Origin: Dehalococcoidia bacterium
Lineage (GTDB): Bacteria > Chloroflexota > Dehalococcoidia > Lucifugimonadales > Australimonadaceae
DNA: 64,000 nucleotides
Direction of reading: 5' to 3'
Assembly (NCBI GenBank): GCA_965248495.1
Contig: CBDFJL010000003.1
Span: 476,852 to 540,851, forward strand
Part shown: positions 1-7,982 of the stretch, one piece after another
Layout: each line of letters begins with the position of its first letter
How positions within the stretch are numbered: position 1 is the first letter of the stretch
Made by a program: the position numbers and the translations under genes
The notes under the pieces: model-generated
What the model saw: only the letters and a program-made list of their open reading frames with translations
The model's database searches: none
What the model was told of the DNA's origin: nothing

Positions 1-319
1 GCCCGAACGTGCGCCCAAGCCGCAGGGTGCGCATGTCTCCAGCCTGGAATGCGACGCGCGGGACAAGCCCTCGCTGAGACGCCTTCGCTCGGGCGCGGGA
101 GAGCATGCGCGGTGAGATGTCGATGCCGACGACGTCGACGCCCGCCTCGGCCATGGCCAGGCTGACGCGGCCGGTACCGCATCCCAGCTCCAGCACCGGC
201 CCATCGCTGGCGGCGGCGTGGTGGAGGTAGAACGGGATGTCGTGGGCCAGGTCCGCGTAGACCTTGTCGTAGATGTCGGCCCAATCGTCGAAGGGGTACC
301 CGCCGCCTGACAGCTTCAT
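1..319 (-). CDS. class I SAM-dependent methyltransferase (5' part; 3' end lies beyond the window start)
   Basis: Own reverse-strand translation from ATG 319-317: MKLSGGGYPFDDWADIYDKVYADLAHDIPFYLHHAAASDGPVLELGCGTGRVSLAMAEAGVDVVGIDISPRMLSRARAKA... VLELGCGTG is SAM-binding motif I and VVGIDIS is the acidic motif II. It is absent from the ORF track because there is no stop codon inside the window. Confidence 0.8.
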   Translation of the reverse strand, partial: MKLSGGGYPFDDWADIYDKVYADLAHDIPFYLHHAAASDGPVLELGCGTGRVSLAMAEAGVDVVGIDISPRMLSRARAKASQRGLVPRVAFQAGDMRTLRLGRTFG

Positions 320-506
320 CAGCGGGACCGTGGGGGCGGGACCATGGGCGCAGCATACCAACCGAGGCAGCCAGCGGTGCGACCGGCCGATCTACACGCG
401 CCGTTCACGCTCTTTCGCACCGCTTCACAGTGCTGTCACGGTCCGCGCCGATGATGACGGTGAGGCTCGCGTTGAGAGCCCCCCTGAGAGTGTGAGGAGG
501 TATCGA

Positions 507-883
507 ATGGCAACTCTGGTACGCGACCGAGAGCTCGTTGGCCGCTTCGGCGTCGCCATGTACGCCTGGGCCGTCGCCCGTCTGTCGCTTGGCGCGATCT
601 TTCTCTGGGCGTTCTTCGACAAACTGTTCGGGCTCGGTTTCGCCACACAGCGGGAGGACGCGTGGATCAACGGCGGCTCGCCGACCTTCGGCTTCCTGAC
701 CTTTGGCACGCACGGTCCGCTGCAAGGCCTTTACGCCGACATCGCCGGCAACGCCGCCGTCGACTGGGTGTCTACTCCGTCGTGCTGGTCGGCATCCTCG
801 CGACCGGCGGCGGCTGGCCCCTCGGCCTCGCCGGCTGGTGGTCCAGCCGGCCGCTGGTGAGGCGGTTCCCTATCCTGAGGTAG
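507..883 (+). pseudogene. DoxX-like membrane protein, apparently frameshifted and short
   Basis: GAGGAGG lies just upstream of ATG 507. MATLVRDRELVGRFGVAMYAWAVARLSLGAIFLWAFFDKLFGLGFATQREDAWINGGSPTFGFLTFGTHGPLQGLYADIAGNAAVDWV resembles DoxX-family proteins. The hydrophobic continuation YSVVLVGILATGGGWPLGLAGWW is in another frame (ORF 662..883), which implies a shift near 768-775. Confidence 0.4.
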
Positions 884-950
884 GCGGAAGCGGGCAGCAG
901 CAACGATACGGGCCCAGCGTTGAGGGGCGACGCCGGGCCTTCGTTGTTGA

Positions 951-988
951 GTGCTCACTCGAAAAGGGAGTGCCCACTCGAAAAGGCG
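951..988. repeat. two adjacent 19-nt direct repeats GTGC(T/C)CACTCGAAAAGG(GA/CG)
   Basis: Read directly from 951-969 and 970-988, in the convergent intergenic region between the DoxX-like gene and ruvA. Confidence 0.8.
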
Positions 989-1077
989 TCGACCCGGATA
1001 TTCCCCCTCGCCGCCTGTGGACCGTCCGTATGCGCGCCAGGGCCACGCACGCCGGGCGACCGGAGTGGTCAGCCGGC

Positions 1078-1671
1078 CTAGCGGTCACCACCCATGCGCT
1101 GAAGCGCCCGCCGGACGCGCTCCTCGGTATCGATCTCGTCCTTCGGCTCGACGGAGAGCGCCTGGCGCGCCTCGATGGCGGAGAACCCAAGGCTGAGCAG
1201 CCAGTCCAACGCCGGGTCTCCGCTGGCCACGACTCGCCAGCCAGCTGCGGCAACGGCCGCAAGCTCCAGGTCCATCTTCGGGCGCAGCTCGACGATGATG
1301 CGCTCCGCGGTCCGCTTGCCGATGCCCGGTGCCCGCGCCAGCGCGTCCGCGTCGCCAACAGCAATGGCCGACGCCACGGCGTCCGCCGGCATGGCCGACA
1401 GCACCGCCAGCGCCACCTTGGGCCCGACGCCGTTCACGCCGATCAGGGACTCGAAGGTGGCCAGCGCCCGCTCGTCCACGAACCCGTACAGCTGAAGGTC
1501 GTCCTCGCGTACGACGAGGTGGGTATGCAGCACGACGTGGGCGCCATCCGCCACCTGGGCAAGGTCGAGGGCCGGCAGGAAAACACGGAAGGTGACACCG
1601 CCGACCGCCACGAGGGCGTGGTCGGCCCCCTTCCTTCGCACCACGCCATTCAACCCCGCGACCAGGCTCAC
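1078..1671 (-). CDS. ruvA: Holliday junction branch migration complex subunit RuvA
   Basis: LQLYGFVDERALATFESLIGVNGVGPKVALAVLSAMPADAVASAIAVGDADALARAPGIGKRTAERIIVELRPK is the RuvA HhH domain signature. I set the start at GTG 1671-1669, which overlaps the ruvC stop (GTGA), rather than the track's 1716. Confidence 0.9.
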   Translation of the reverse strand: MSLVAGLNGVVRRKGADHALVAVGGVTFRVFLPALDLAQVADGAHVVLHTHLVVREDDLQLYGFVDERALATFESLIGVNGVGPKVALAVLSAMPADAVASAIAVGDADALARAPGIGKRTAERIIVELRPKMDLELAAVAAAGWRVVASGDPALDWLLSLGFSAIEARQALSVEPKDEIDTEERVRRALQRMGGDR

Positions 1672-2168
1672 GAGACGGCCAATCGCTGGCTGGTGCGCCA
1701 GTGCTGGAGATGGCATAGGGCGACAGCGATGGCGTCGGAGGCGTCCTCCGACATCGGCTCCGGCCCCATGTTCAGCAGTAGGCGCAGCGCCCGCTGGACC
1801 TGGTCTTTCGTCCCGGCACCGTACCCCGACACCGCCGCTTTAACCGACGATGGCGCGTAGCGATGCACTTCGAGCCCCGCGTCGACCGCGGCGAGCAGCG
1901 CGAGCGCTTGGGCCTGACCGACGGCGACGCCTGATTTGGCACCGCGCTCGGGGGCGACGAAGGGCTCTTCGACCGCGAGGTGGTCCGGGCGCCACTCGGT
2001 GACCACATCCGTCAGGCCACGGTACAGCGCGTGGAGGCGTATCTCGAGGGGATCGCGCCGCCGTGCCTCGAGGCACCCGGAGGCGACGCAGCGGACGGTG
2101 GGGCCATCCACGTCGACGACGCCGTATCCAAGCCGATGGGTGCCGGGATCGACGCCGAGGATGCGCAT
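1668..2168 (-). CDS. ruvC: crossover junction endodeoxyribonuclease RuvC
   Basis: MRILGVDPGTHRLGYGVVDVDG... ends in EDASDAIAVALCH, giving RuvC catalytic-Asp motifs at both ends. Start moved to ATG 2168. Confidence 0.9.
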   Translation of the reverse strand: MRILGVDPGTHRLGYGVVDVDGPTVRCVASGCLEARRRDPLEIRLHALYRGLTDVVTEWRPDHLAVEEPFVAPERGAKSGVAVGQAQALALLAAVDAGLEVHRYAPSSVKAAVSGYGAGTKDQVQRALRLLLNMGPEPMSEDASDAIAVALCHLQHWRTSQRLAVS

Positions 2169-2376
2169 GACGGGCGCCAGCATGGCGCAGCGCGGGCGGC
2201 TAGCGCAAGTGACGCATGGCCCATCGAAGACGCCGAGGGCCCCTCGCTCGTCCTACGCCAGCCGTCTCCAAACGGCCTCGACCTGGGCCGTTCGAGTGGC
2301 TGCGTGTCGCCCTCAATGGCCAACTCAACCGAGGCCTGTTGCCGCTGCTCTCGGGGGTCTCTGGAGAGCTCCCGCG

Positions 2377-2426
2377 TCCCCTTCGGCTTCGCTCAGGACA
2401 GGCTTCGAGTACCTCAGGACGAACGT
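2377..2426 (+). repeat. repeat family A copy
   Basis: CCCCTTCGGCTTCGCTCAGGACAGGCTTCGAGTACCTCAGGACGAACG, between ruvC and yebC. Confidence 0.85.
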
Positions 2427-2444
2427 GGGCTTGGCGCGGCGCGC

Positions 2445-3203
2445 CTACTCGTTGCCGTACTTCTCGAGGGCCTTTTCCGGGAAGTCGGCGTTGGTGTAGA
2501 TGTTCTGGATGTCGTCGAGCTCATCGAGCTTGTCGATGAGCCGAAGGGTCTGCGTCGCCGTCCCCTCTTCGAGCATCGCGAGGATCTTGGGCACCATGGC
2601 CAGCGTGACCGACGAGGGTTCCAAGCCGTGCTCACGCACCACCTGGACGATGGCGTCCAGAATCGGCGGATCGCCGGTCAGATGGAGGGTGCGCTCGTCA
2701 GCCGTCACATCGTCGGCGCCTGCTTCGATGGCCGCGAGCTCGACCTCCTCGGCCTTGGCTTGGTCGATCTCCTCGACGGTGACGACAGCCTTGTGCTCGA
2801 ACTGCCAGGCCACGGAGCCGGCTTCACCCATGTTGCCGCCGCCACGGCTGAAGATGGTCCGCACTTCTGAGGCGGTGCGGTTCCGGTTGTCGGTGAGCGC
2901 CTGGACGAGGAGGGCCGCGCCGCCCGGTCCGTAGCCCTCGTAGGTGATCTCCTCGAAGTTGCTCGCGTCGCTGCCCTCGCCGGTGCCCTTCTTGATGGCA
3001 CGGTCGATGTTATCCATGGGCATGTTGTTCTGCCGCGCCTTTTCGATGGCGAGGCGCAGCCGCGGGTTCATGCCGGGGTCGCCACCGGCCGCGCGCGCGG
3101 CCACGGTGACCTCACGGGCAAGCTTGGTAAAGAGCGCGCCGCGCTTCACGTCGAGCACGCCCTTCTTGTGCTTGATGGTCGACCACTTCGAATGTCCAGA
3201 CAT
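2445..3203 (-). CDS. yebC: YebC/PmpR family DNA-binding transcriptional regulator
   Basis: MSGHSKWSTIKHKKGVLDVKRGALFTKLAREVTVAARAAGGDPGMNPRLRLAIEKARQNNMP is the canonical YebC N-terminus. Confidence 0.92.
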   Translation of the reverse strand: MSGHSKWSTIKHKKGVLDVKRGALFTKLAREVTVAARAAGGDPGMNPRLRLAIEKARQNNMPMDNIDRAIKKGTGEGSDASNFEEITYEGYGPGGAALLVQALTDNRNRTASEVRTIFSRGGGNMGEAGSVAWQFEHKAVVTVEEIDQAKAEEVELAAIEAGADDVTADERTLHLTGDPPILDAIVQVVREHGLEPSSVTLAMVPKILAMLEEGTATQTLRLIDKLDELDDIQNIYTNADFPEKALEKYGNE

Positions 3204-3256
3204 TGCGGTCCTCTACGGCGTGAATGCCGGCTGCAATTGTATCGCAGCCCGCGGTG

Positions 3257-3853
3257 CTAGGCCGTCGCTCGCTTGCGGCGCTTCATGGGCCGGGGCGGCT
3301 TGCGCTTCGGGGTGGTCCGCAGCGGTCGTGGCTCGATGCCCTCCGGCACGTCGACGACCATTTCGCCGTGCTCTAGGTCGACGGCCAGCACGACGCTCCC
3401 CAGCGCCGGCAAGAGCAGCTCGACGTCCTCCCCCGTGACGACGTAGACGTCGTTGGCGCCGGTGTCGAGCACCTCGGTCAGGGTGCCCAATCGACCGCCC
3501 GCCGCGGTGCGCACGGCAAGGTCGATCAGCTGGTAGTGATAGTAGGTGTCCTCCGGGGCAGGAGGCACGGAGGACTCGCGGGCCAGCGCCCGCTGGCCGA
3601 CCAGGCTCTCCGCAGCCGCGTCGTCATCGACGTCGCGCAGCTTGACCAGGTAGCGATCGCCGGCCTTGGTCGCGAGCTCGATGACGTAGGGCGTGCCATC
3701 GACGTAGAGCTCGCCGCCCGGGCGGTAGCGGTCCGGGTTGTCCGACTCCGGCACGACGCGGACACGGCCGTCGAGGCCGTGGGTGCTGGTGATGGTGCCA
3801 ACGAGGACAAACCCAGGGGGCGGTTGCGGCGCCGAGGGGGGTAGTTCAGCCAA
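3257..3853 (-). CDS. rimM: 16S rRNA processing protein RimM
   Basis: GFVLVGTITSTHGLDGRVRVVPESDNPDRY...YYHYQLIDLAV...GTLTEVLDTGANDVYVV matches the RimM plus PRC-barrel pattern. It lies downstream of rpsP-KH, as in the conserved cluster. It has a basic C-terminal tail. Confidence 0.85.
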   Translation of the reverse strand: MAELPPSAPQPPPGFVLVGTITSTHGLDGRVRVVPESDNPDRYRPGGELYVDGTPYVIELATKAGDRYLVKLRDVDDDAAAESLVGQRALARESSVPPAPEDTYYHYQLIDLAVRTAAGGRLGTLTEVLDTGANDVYVVTGEDVELLLPALGSVVLAVDLEHGEMVVDVPEGIEPRPLRTTPKRKPPRPMKRRKRATA

Positions 3854-3861
3854 CGTTGAAG

Positions 3862-4092
3862 TTACTCGATTTCGAGGGTGACCCGGACGTCGTTCTTCAC
3901 ACCGGCGACCCGAAGGAGTACGCGCATCGCCTGAGCGACCCGGCCTTGGCGGCCGATAACCTTGCCTTTGTCGTCAGGATGCACAGCCAACCGCAGGATG
4001 ATGTGCCCGTCTTCGCCCTGTTCCTCGGTTACTTTGACATCATCCGGATTGCTTGCGATGGCCCTGGCGATGTACTCGACCAGTTCCTTCAT
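3862..4092 (-). CDS. KH domain RNA-binding protein (UPF0109/YlqC-like)
   Basis: MKELVEYIARAIASNPDDVKVTEEQGEDGHIILRLAVHPDDKGKVIGRQGRVAQAMRVLL contains the GKVIGRQGR KH motif. The position between rpsP and rimM is typical. Confidence 0.85.
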   Translation of the reverse strand: MKELVEYIARAIASNPDDVKVTEEQGEDGHIILRLAVHPDDKGKVIGRQGRVAQAMRVLLRVAGVKNDVRVTLEIE

Positions 4093-4144
4093 CTACTCAC
4101 TTCTGAGCAGCGATCCGCTGCCCCTCGCGCCCGCGCCGACGCCT

Positions 4145-4399
4145 TTACGCTCCGGCCTTCTCGAGCACTCCCTGCTTCCGAAGAATCTGGCCCACGGTCT
4201 CCGACGGCTGGGCGCCGACACTGAGCCAATGGCGCACTTTGTCCTCTTTGATGACAATCGTCGGCGGGTCGGTCAGCGGGTTGTAGTGCCCCACGTCGTC
4301 TACGAAAGCGCCGTCTCGGGGAGCCCGAACGTCGGCAACGACAATCCGATATGACGGCTGCTTCTTTTTGCCGACACGACGCAGGCGAATTCTGAGCAT
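4145..4399 (-). CDS. rpsP: 30S ribosomal protein S16
   Basis: [42 protein letters not shown] is the S16 N-terminus. Start set at ATG 4399; the track ORF extends further upstream. Confidence 0.92.
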   Translation of the reverse strand: MLRIRLRRVGKKKQPSYRIVVADVRAPRDGAFVDDVGHYNPLTDPPTIVIKEDKVRHWLSVGAQPSETVGQILRKQGVLEKAGA

Positions 4400-4524
4400 T
4401 TGGGCGCCAATCCTTCTTCGGGTCCGAGTGGTCTGCGCCACCCGTAATCGACAGTCGCAGAAATTGTAGGCGTGAGGCCGGAACCTTGTCAACGAAGCCG
4501 TGGACGGCCATTTCGAGGCCCCGG

Positions 4525-5250
4525 TCAACGACCCAGACTGAGCCGTCCGACGAGGGGCTCCGGGAGCCCCACTTCGACCATGCGCCGCTGGGTTGCCGCG
4601 ATGTCGTACGCCGCCCGCGCCAACGTCACCGTCGCAGCGGCGTCATCGTAGACGGCGTACGCCGCGCGCGGGTCCCCGTCCCGAGGTTGGCCGACGCTCC
4701 CCGGGTTCACCAACAAGCGGCGCGCACCGACGGCCACTCGCAATCCATCGGGGCCCGGCCTGAGCACGCCGTTGTCCTCCTCGCACACGAACGATAGGTG
4801 CGAATGGCCGACCACCAAAGCCGTGGTCTCGGTCATGTACCAAGCGTCATTGGCCTGCAGGTAGCTCAGCATGTAGTCCCACAGGGGGTCCTTGGGCGTA
4901 CCGTGAACCAACGTGAAGGGCTCGCACGGCTCGGTGAGGCGGAGGCCCTCGAGGTACGCCCGCGACTCGTCGGTGAGCTGCTCGGCCGTCCACCGGCACG
5001 CCTGGGCGGCGTAGGCGTTGAAGTCCTCGAGACCGACCCGCCCGATGGCGGCGGCGTCGTGGTTGCCCAGCACTGACAGCACGGCGAGCGAGCGAAGGCG
5101 CTCGATGCACGCGTTCGGTTCCGGTCCGTAGCCGACGGTGTCCCCGAGGCACCACACCGCGTCGATGGGGTCGAAGCGCTTAGCTGAGTCCAAGACCGCG
5201 TCCAGCGCCTCGATGTTGCCGTGGATGTCGCTGACGATCAGGGTGCGCAC
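4525..5250 (-). CDS. metallophosphoesterase family protein
   Basis: [12 protein letters not shown]...[10 protein letters not shown]...GNHD...VVGHSH are calcineurin-like phosphoesterase metal-binding motifs in canonical order. Confidence 0.85.
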   Translation of the reverse strand: MRTLIVSDIHGNIEALDAVLDSAKRFDPIDAVWCLGDTVGYGPEPNACIERLRSLAVLSVLGNHDAAAIGRVGLEDFNAYAAQACRWTAEQLTDESRAYLEGLRLTEPCEPFTLVHGTPKDPLWDYMLSYLQANDAWYMTETTALVVGHSHLSFVCEEDNGVLRPGPDGLRVAVGARRLLVNPGSVGQPRDGDPRAAYAVYDDAAATVTLARAAYDIAATQRRMVEVGLPEPLVGRLSLGR

Positions 5251-5282
5251 GCCACCATTCTACGGGCGGGCCTGCCGTCCCG

Positions 5283-5372
5283 CAGGTGGAGGGCGCGAGG
5301 GTCACCCCGCGGCCAACGGAGAGCGGCGGGCCGATCGTCACAGGCGGAGGGCGCGAGGGTCACCCCGCGGCC
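5283..5372. repeat. two 32-nt direct repeats CAGG(T/C)GGAGGGCGCGAGGGTCACCCCGCGGCC, period 58 nt
   Basis: The copies are at 5283-5314 and 5341-5372 with one mismatch. They lie in the divergent region between the metallophosphoesterase and thiL. Confidence 0.9.
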
Positions 5373-5431
5373 CTCAGGGAGATTCACGTAAGGACAAGCT
5401 GAACAAGACCGACGCCTCTATAATCGATGCC

Positions 5432-6421
5432 ATGACCACGGTCGGGGACGTCGGCGAGTTCGCGCTCATCGAGCGCCTGTCGAGGCAGGTCGACGCCGCG
5501 CGGCTGGCGCCGTCCGCCAGCGCCGGCTTCAGACTGCGCCTCGGCATCGGCGACGACGCGGCCGCATGGCAAGCGCCGAAGGGCGTCGTCGTCCAGACCA
5601 CCGACACCATGGTCGAAGGCGTCCATTTCACTCAGGCGACGACGCCGTGGAATGACGTGGGGTGGAAGGTCTTCGTCGCCAACCTGAGCGACATCGCGTC
5701 CATGGGCGCCGTGCCGCTCTGTGCCATCGTGACGCTGGGGTTGCCGCCGAGCCTGGAATTGGCGTCCGTCGACGCGCTGTACGCAGGGATGCTGGAGGCG
5801 TGCGCCGAATACGAGACACTGCTGGTGGGCGGCGACGTCGTCAACGCTGAGCAGGCGTTCGTCACCGTCGCGCTCACCGGGACCTGTGCGGGTGAGCCGC
5901 TGACCCGATCAGCCGCTCGGCCGGGCGACACGCTGGCCGTCACCGGGCCCCTCGGCGCCTCCGCCGCGGGCCTGCGTCTGCTGCAGGAGGGTAACGCCGC
6001 GTCCGTCCCGCTCGTCGAAGCTCACCGTCGTCCACGGCCTCAGATAGAGGCCGGCCAGCGCATCCTGCTAGCCGGCGGGCGCTGTGCCATGGACGTGTCG
6101 GACGGCCTCGCGGCAGACCTCGGCAAGCTTGGCAGGGCCAGTGGCGTCGGCGTACGGGTCCAGGCCGAGCGCGTGCCGGTTGCGCCGGCGCTGACGGCCC
6201 TCGATGTACCGGACGCCCTGGAGATGGCCCTGTCCGGCGGCGAGGATTACCAGCTCGTCTTCGCCGCATCGCGCCAGACCGTCGAGCACGTGATCGAGGA
6301 GGTGCGCGAGGCCGTCGTCATCGGGGAGGTCACCGCAGGCGAGCCGGGAGGGGTCGAACTGGTCGATGCGCGGGGCGGCTCGGCGCAGATCACCTCGGCT
6401 GGCTGGGAGCACCTGCGCTGA
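5432..6421 (+). CDS. thiL: thiamine-monophosphate kinase
   Basis: MTTVGDVGEFALIERL...LGIGDDAAAW...VQTTDTMVEGVHF...GWKVFVANLSDIASMGA...GGD matches the ThiL/AIR-synthase-like pattern. Start set at ATG 5432, in frame with track ORF 5138..6421. Confidence 0.88.
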   Translation: MTTVGDVGEFALIERLSRQVDAARLAPSASAGFRLRLGIGDDAAAWQAPKGVVVQTTDTMVEGVHFTQATTPWNDVGWKVFVANLSDIASMGAVPLCAIVTLGLPPSLELASVDALYAGMLEACAEYETLLVGGDVVNAEQAFVTVALTGTCAGEPLTRSAARPGDTLAVTGPLGASAAGLRLLQEGNAASVPLVEAHRRPRPQIEAGQRILLAGGRCAMDVSDGLAADLGKLGRASGVGVRVQAERVPVAPALTALDVPDALEMALSGGEDYQLVFAASRQTVEHVIEEVREAVVIGEVTAGEPGGVELVDARGGSAQITSAGWEHLR

Positions 6422-6882
6422 GCTTCGCGACCCGTAGCGCGGATGAGACCACGGGCATCGGGCGGCGTCTTGGCGCGCTGCTGGACCGTGGCGACCTGGT
6501 CCTGCTCACCGGCGGGCTTGGGGCCGGCAAGACGACCTTCGTGCAGGGGCTAGCCGCCGGGGCGGGAATCACCGGGTATGTCCACAGCCCGACGTTCGTC
6601 CTCGTCCACCGCTACGAAGGGCGGCTGCCCCTCTTCCATTTGGACCTCTATCGCCTGGACGGCGTTCTGGAAGCCCACGACCTGGCCATCGACGAGATGC
6701 TCGACGAGGGGGCGATGGTCGTCGAGTGGGCCGACCGCGCTCCGGTCGTGTTCCCGCCCGAGCACCTGGCCGTGGAGCTGGCGTTCGGCACGACGCCGAA
6801 TGAGCGCAGCCTCACGGTGTCGGCCCACGGTGCGCACTTCAAGGCCCTCGCCGAGCGGCTCGGCGAGACGGGCGCACGGTAG
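6418..6882 (+). CDS. tsaE: tRNA t6A biosynthesis ATPase TsaE
   Basis: LSFATRSADETTGIGRRLGALLDRGDLVLLTGGLGAGKTTFVQGLAAGAGITGYVHSPTFVLVHRYEG...HLDLYRL matches TsaE/YjeE. The P-loop lies upstream of the track's GTG 6541, so the true start must be earlier. The only in-frame candidates are CTG 6418 and CTG 6403. Confidence 0.8.
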   Translation: MSFATRSADETTGIGRRLGALLDRGDLVLLTGGLGAGKTTFVQGLAAGAGITGYVHSPTFVLVHRYEGRLPLFHLDLYRLDGVLEAHDLAIDEMLDEGAMVVEWADRAPVVFPPEHLAVELAFGTTPNERSLTVSAHGAHFKALAERLGETGAR

Positions 6883-6890
6883 CAACTGCC

Positions 6891-7607
6891 GTGTACCTGC
6901 TCATCGATACGTCCACCCGCAGCGGCGCCGTGGGCCTGTGGCAAAAGGGCGTCATGGCGCGATCGCGGCATTGGCACTCGCCGCATAACCACACGGCCGA
7001 GCTGATGCCGGCAGTCAGCGAGACGATGAGCCAAGCGGGGGTAACGCCCAGGGACCTTCGGGGTATCGGCGTCGCCACGGGCCCCGGCGGCTTCAGCGCT
7101 CTGCGGGCCGGCCTCGGCGTCGCCAAGGGCCTGGCCCTGGCCTTGGATATCCCCGTCGCAGGGGTGAGCACCCTGGAAGCGGGCGCCTATCCTCACCGCG
7201 GCGAGAGCGTCACGCTGTGCTCCATCGTCGAGGCGGGAAGGACGTTGGTGGCGTGGGCCGTGTTCGACGCATCGGCCGGAGGCTGGCGACGCTCGCACGC
7301 CGACCAGGTCTCGGCCATCGACGAGACCATCGCCGCCTGCGGCCCCGACACGGTCTTCGTCGGCGAGGGGGCCGCCGCCTACGCGGCGGCCATCGAAGCG
7401 GCGCGCCCCGCCGCGCGGGTGGTGGACACCGGCCCCCAGGGCCGGCTGGACGGGCTCGGTATCTTGGCCGGCACGCGTCTCGACGCGGGTGACGCCGACC
7501 CCGTGGCCTCGCTTCAGCCGCACTACGCCCGGCCCCCGGAGATCGGCAAGCCCAGGGAGGCGCGGGCCGTGCGGCACGGGAGCGAGGCGCGGGCTAAGCG
7601 CGCGTAA
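6891..7607 (+). CDS. tsaB: tRNA t6A biosynthesis protein TsaB
   Basis: (GTG)YLLIDTSTRSGAVGLW...IGVATGPGGFSALRAGLGVAKGLALALDIPVAGVSTLEA matches the TsaB/YeaZ pattern. It is adjacent to tsaE. Confidence 0.85.
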   Translation: MYLLIDTSTRSGAVGLWQKGVMARSRHWHSPHNHTAELMPAVSETMSQAGVTPRDLRGIGVATGPGGFSALRAGLGVAKGLALALDIPVAGVSTLEAGAYPHRGESVTLCSIVEAGRTLVAWAVFDASAGGWRRSHADQVSAIDETIAACGPDTVFVGEGAAAYAAAIEAARPAARVVDTGPQGRLDGLGILAGTRLDAGDADPVASLQPHYARPPEIGKPREARAVRHGSEARAKRA

Positions 7608-7785
7608 GGCGCGAGGGGGCGGGATCGTAAGGTAAGTATGCCGCCATAGCACGTACAACGGCTTGACCGTCGGGTCTAGAATGATGAAGTGGCTAAGAAA
7701 GACGAGAAACCCAAAACGCCCTCATACGACGAGGGCAAGATTAGAGACAAAGATATCGAGCGCAAGTAGGACGAACGGTTTCGGT

Positions 7786-7829
7786 CTTCCGACCTACTGC
7801 GCCTCGTGAAGAAGGCCGTAGGTCGGAAG
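7786..7829. terminator. perfect 12-bp stem hairpin (CTTCCGACCTAC / GTAGGTCGGAAG, 20-nt loop)
   Basis: The inverted repeat at 7786-7797 / 7818-7829 was read directly from the sequence. There is no U-tract, so a terminator function is only a guess. Confidence 0.3.
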
Positions 7830-7919
7830 GCTTAGACCGCCGCTACGGCAACAACAGAAGAACCATGGGCAGTTCTGGGCGGACGGTAGGCTCCATCGCT
7901 TATCACCTCCCTCCTGCGC

Positions 7920-7949
7920 GGGCCGTCGTTGGTGAAGCAACGACGGCCC
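7920..7949. terminator. GC-rich hairpin (GGGCCGTCGTTG-GTGAAG-CAACGACGGCCC), candidate intrinsic or bidirectional terminator
   Basis: Perfect 12-bp stem with a 6-nt loop, followed on the + strand by CTCTTAATT. It lies 34 nt beyond the stop of the minus-strand gene 7983..8801. Confidence 0.4.
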
Positions 7950-7982
7950 CTCTTAATTCCTAGGGCCCTCGCAGGGGCCACG

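Noticed and set aside
703-1860. Long track ORFs such as 703..1860(+), 6648..7658(-), 15809..17455(+), 21190..22491(+), 22546..23628(-), 27122..29899(+), 36578..37513(-), 46198..47292(-), 60450..61661(-)
   Set aside because: All lie antisense to or out of frame with genes that have unmistakable conserved motifs. Their translations are Arg/Ala/Gly/Pro-rich low-complexity strings, as expected from open frames in high-GC DNA.
5251-5431. TPP riboswitch upstream of thiL (also upstream of thiE at 30970-31300)
   Set aside because: There is no CTGAGA / ACCTGATCTGGATAATGCCAGCG-like core. thiL is also not a typical TPP-riboswitch-controlled gene.
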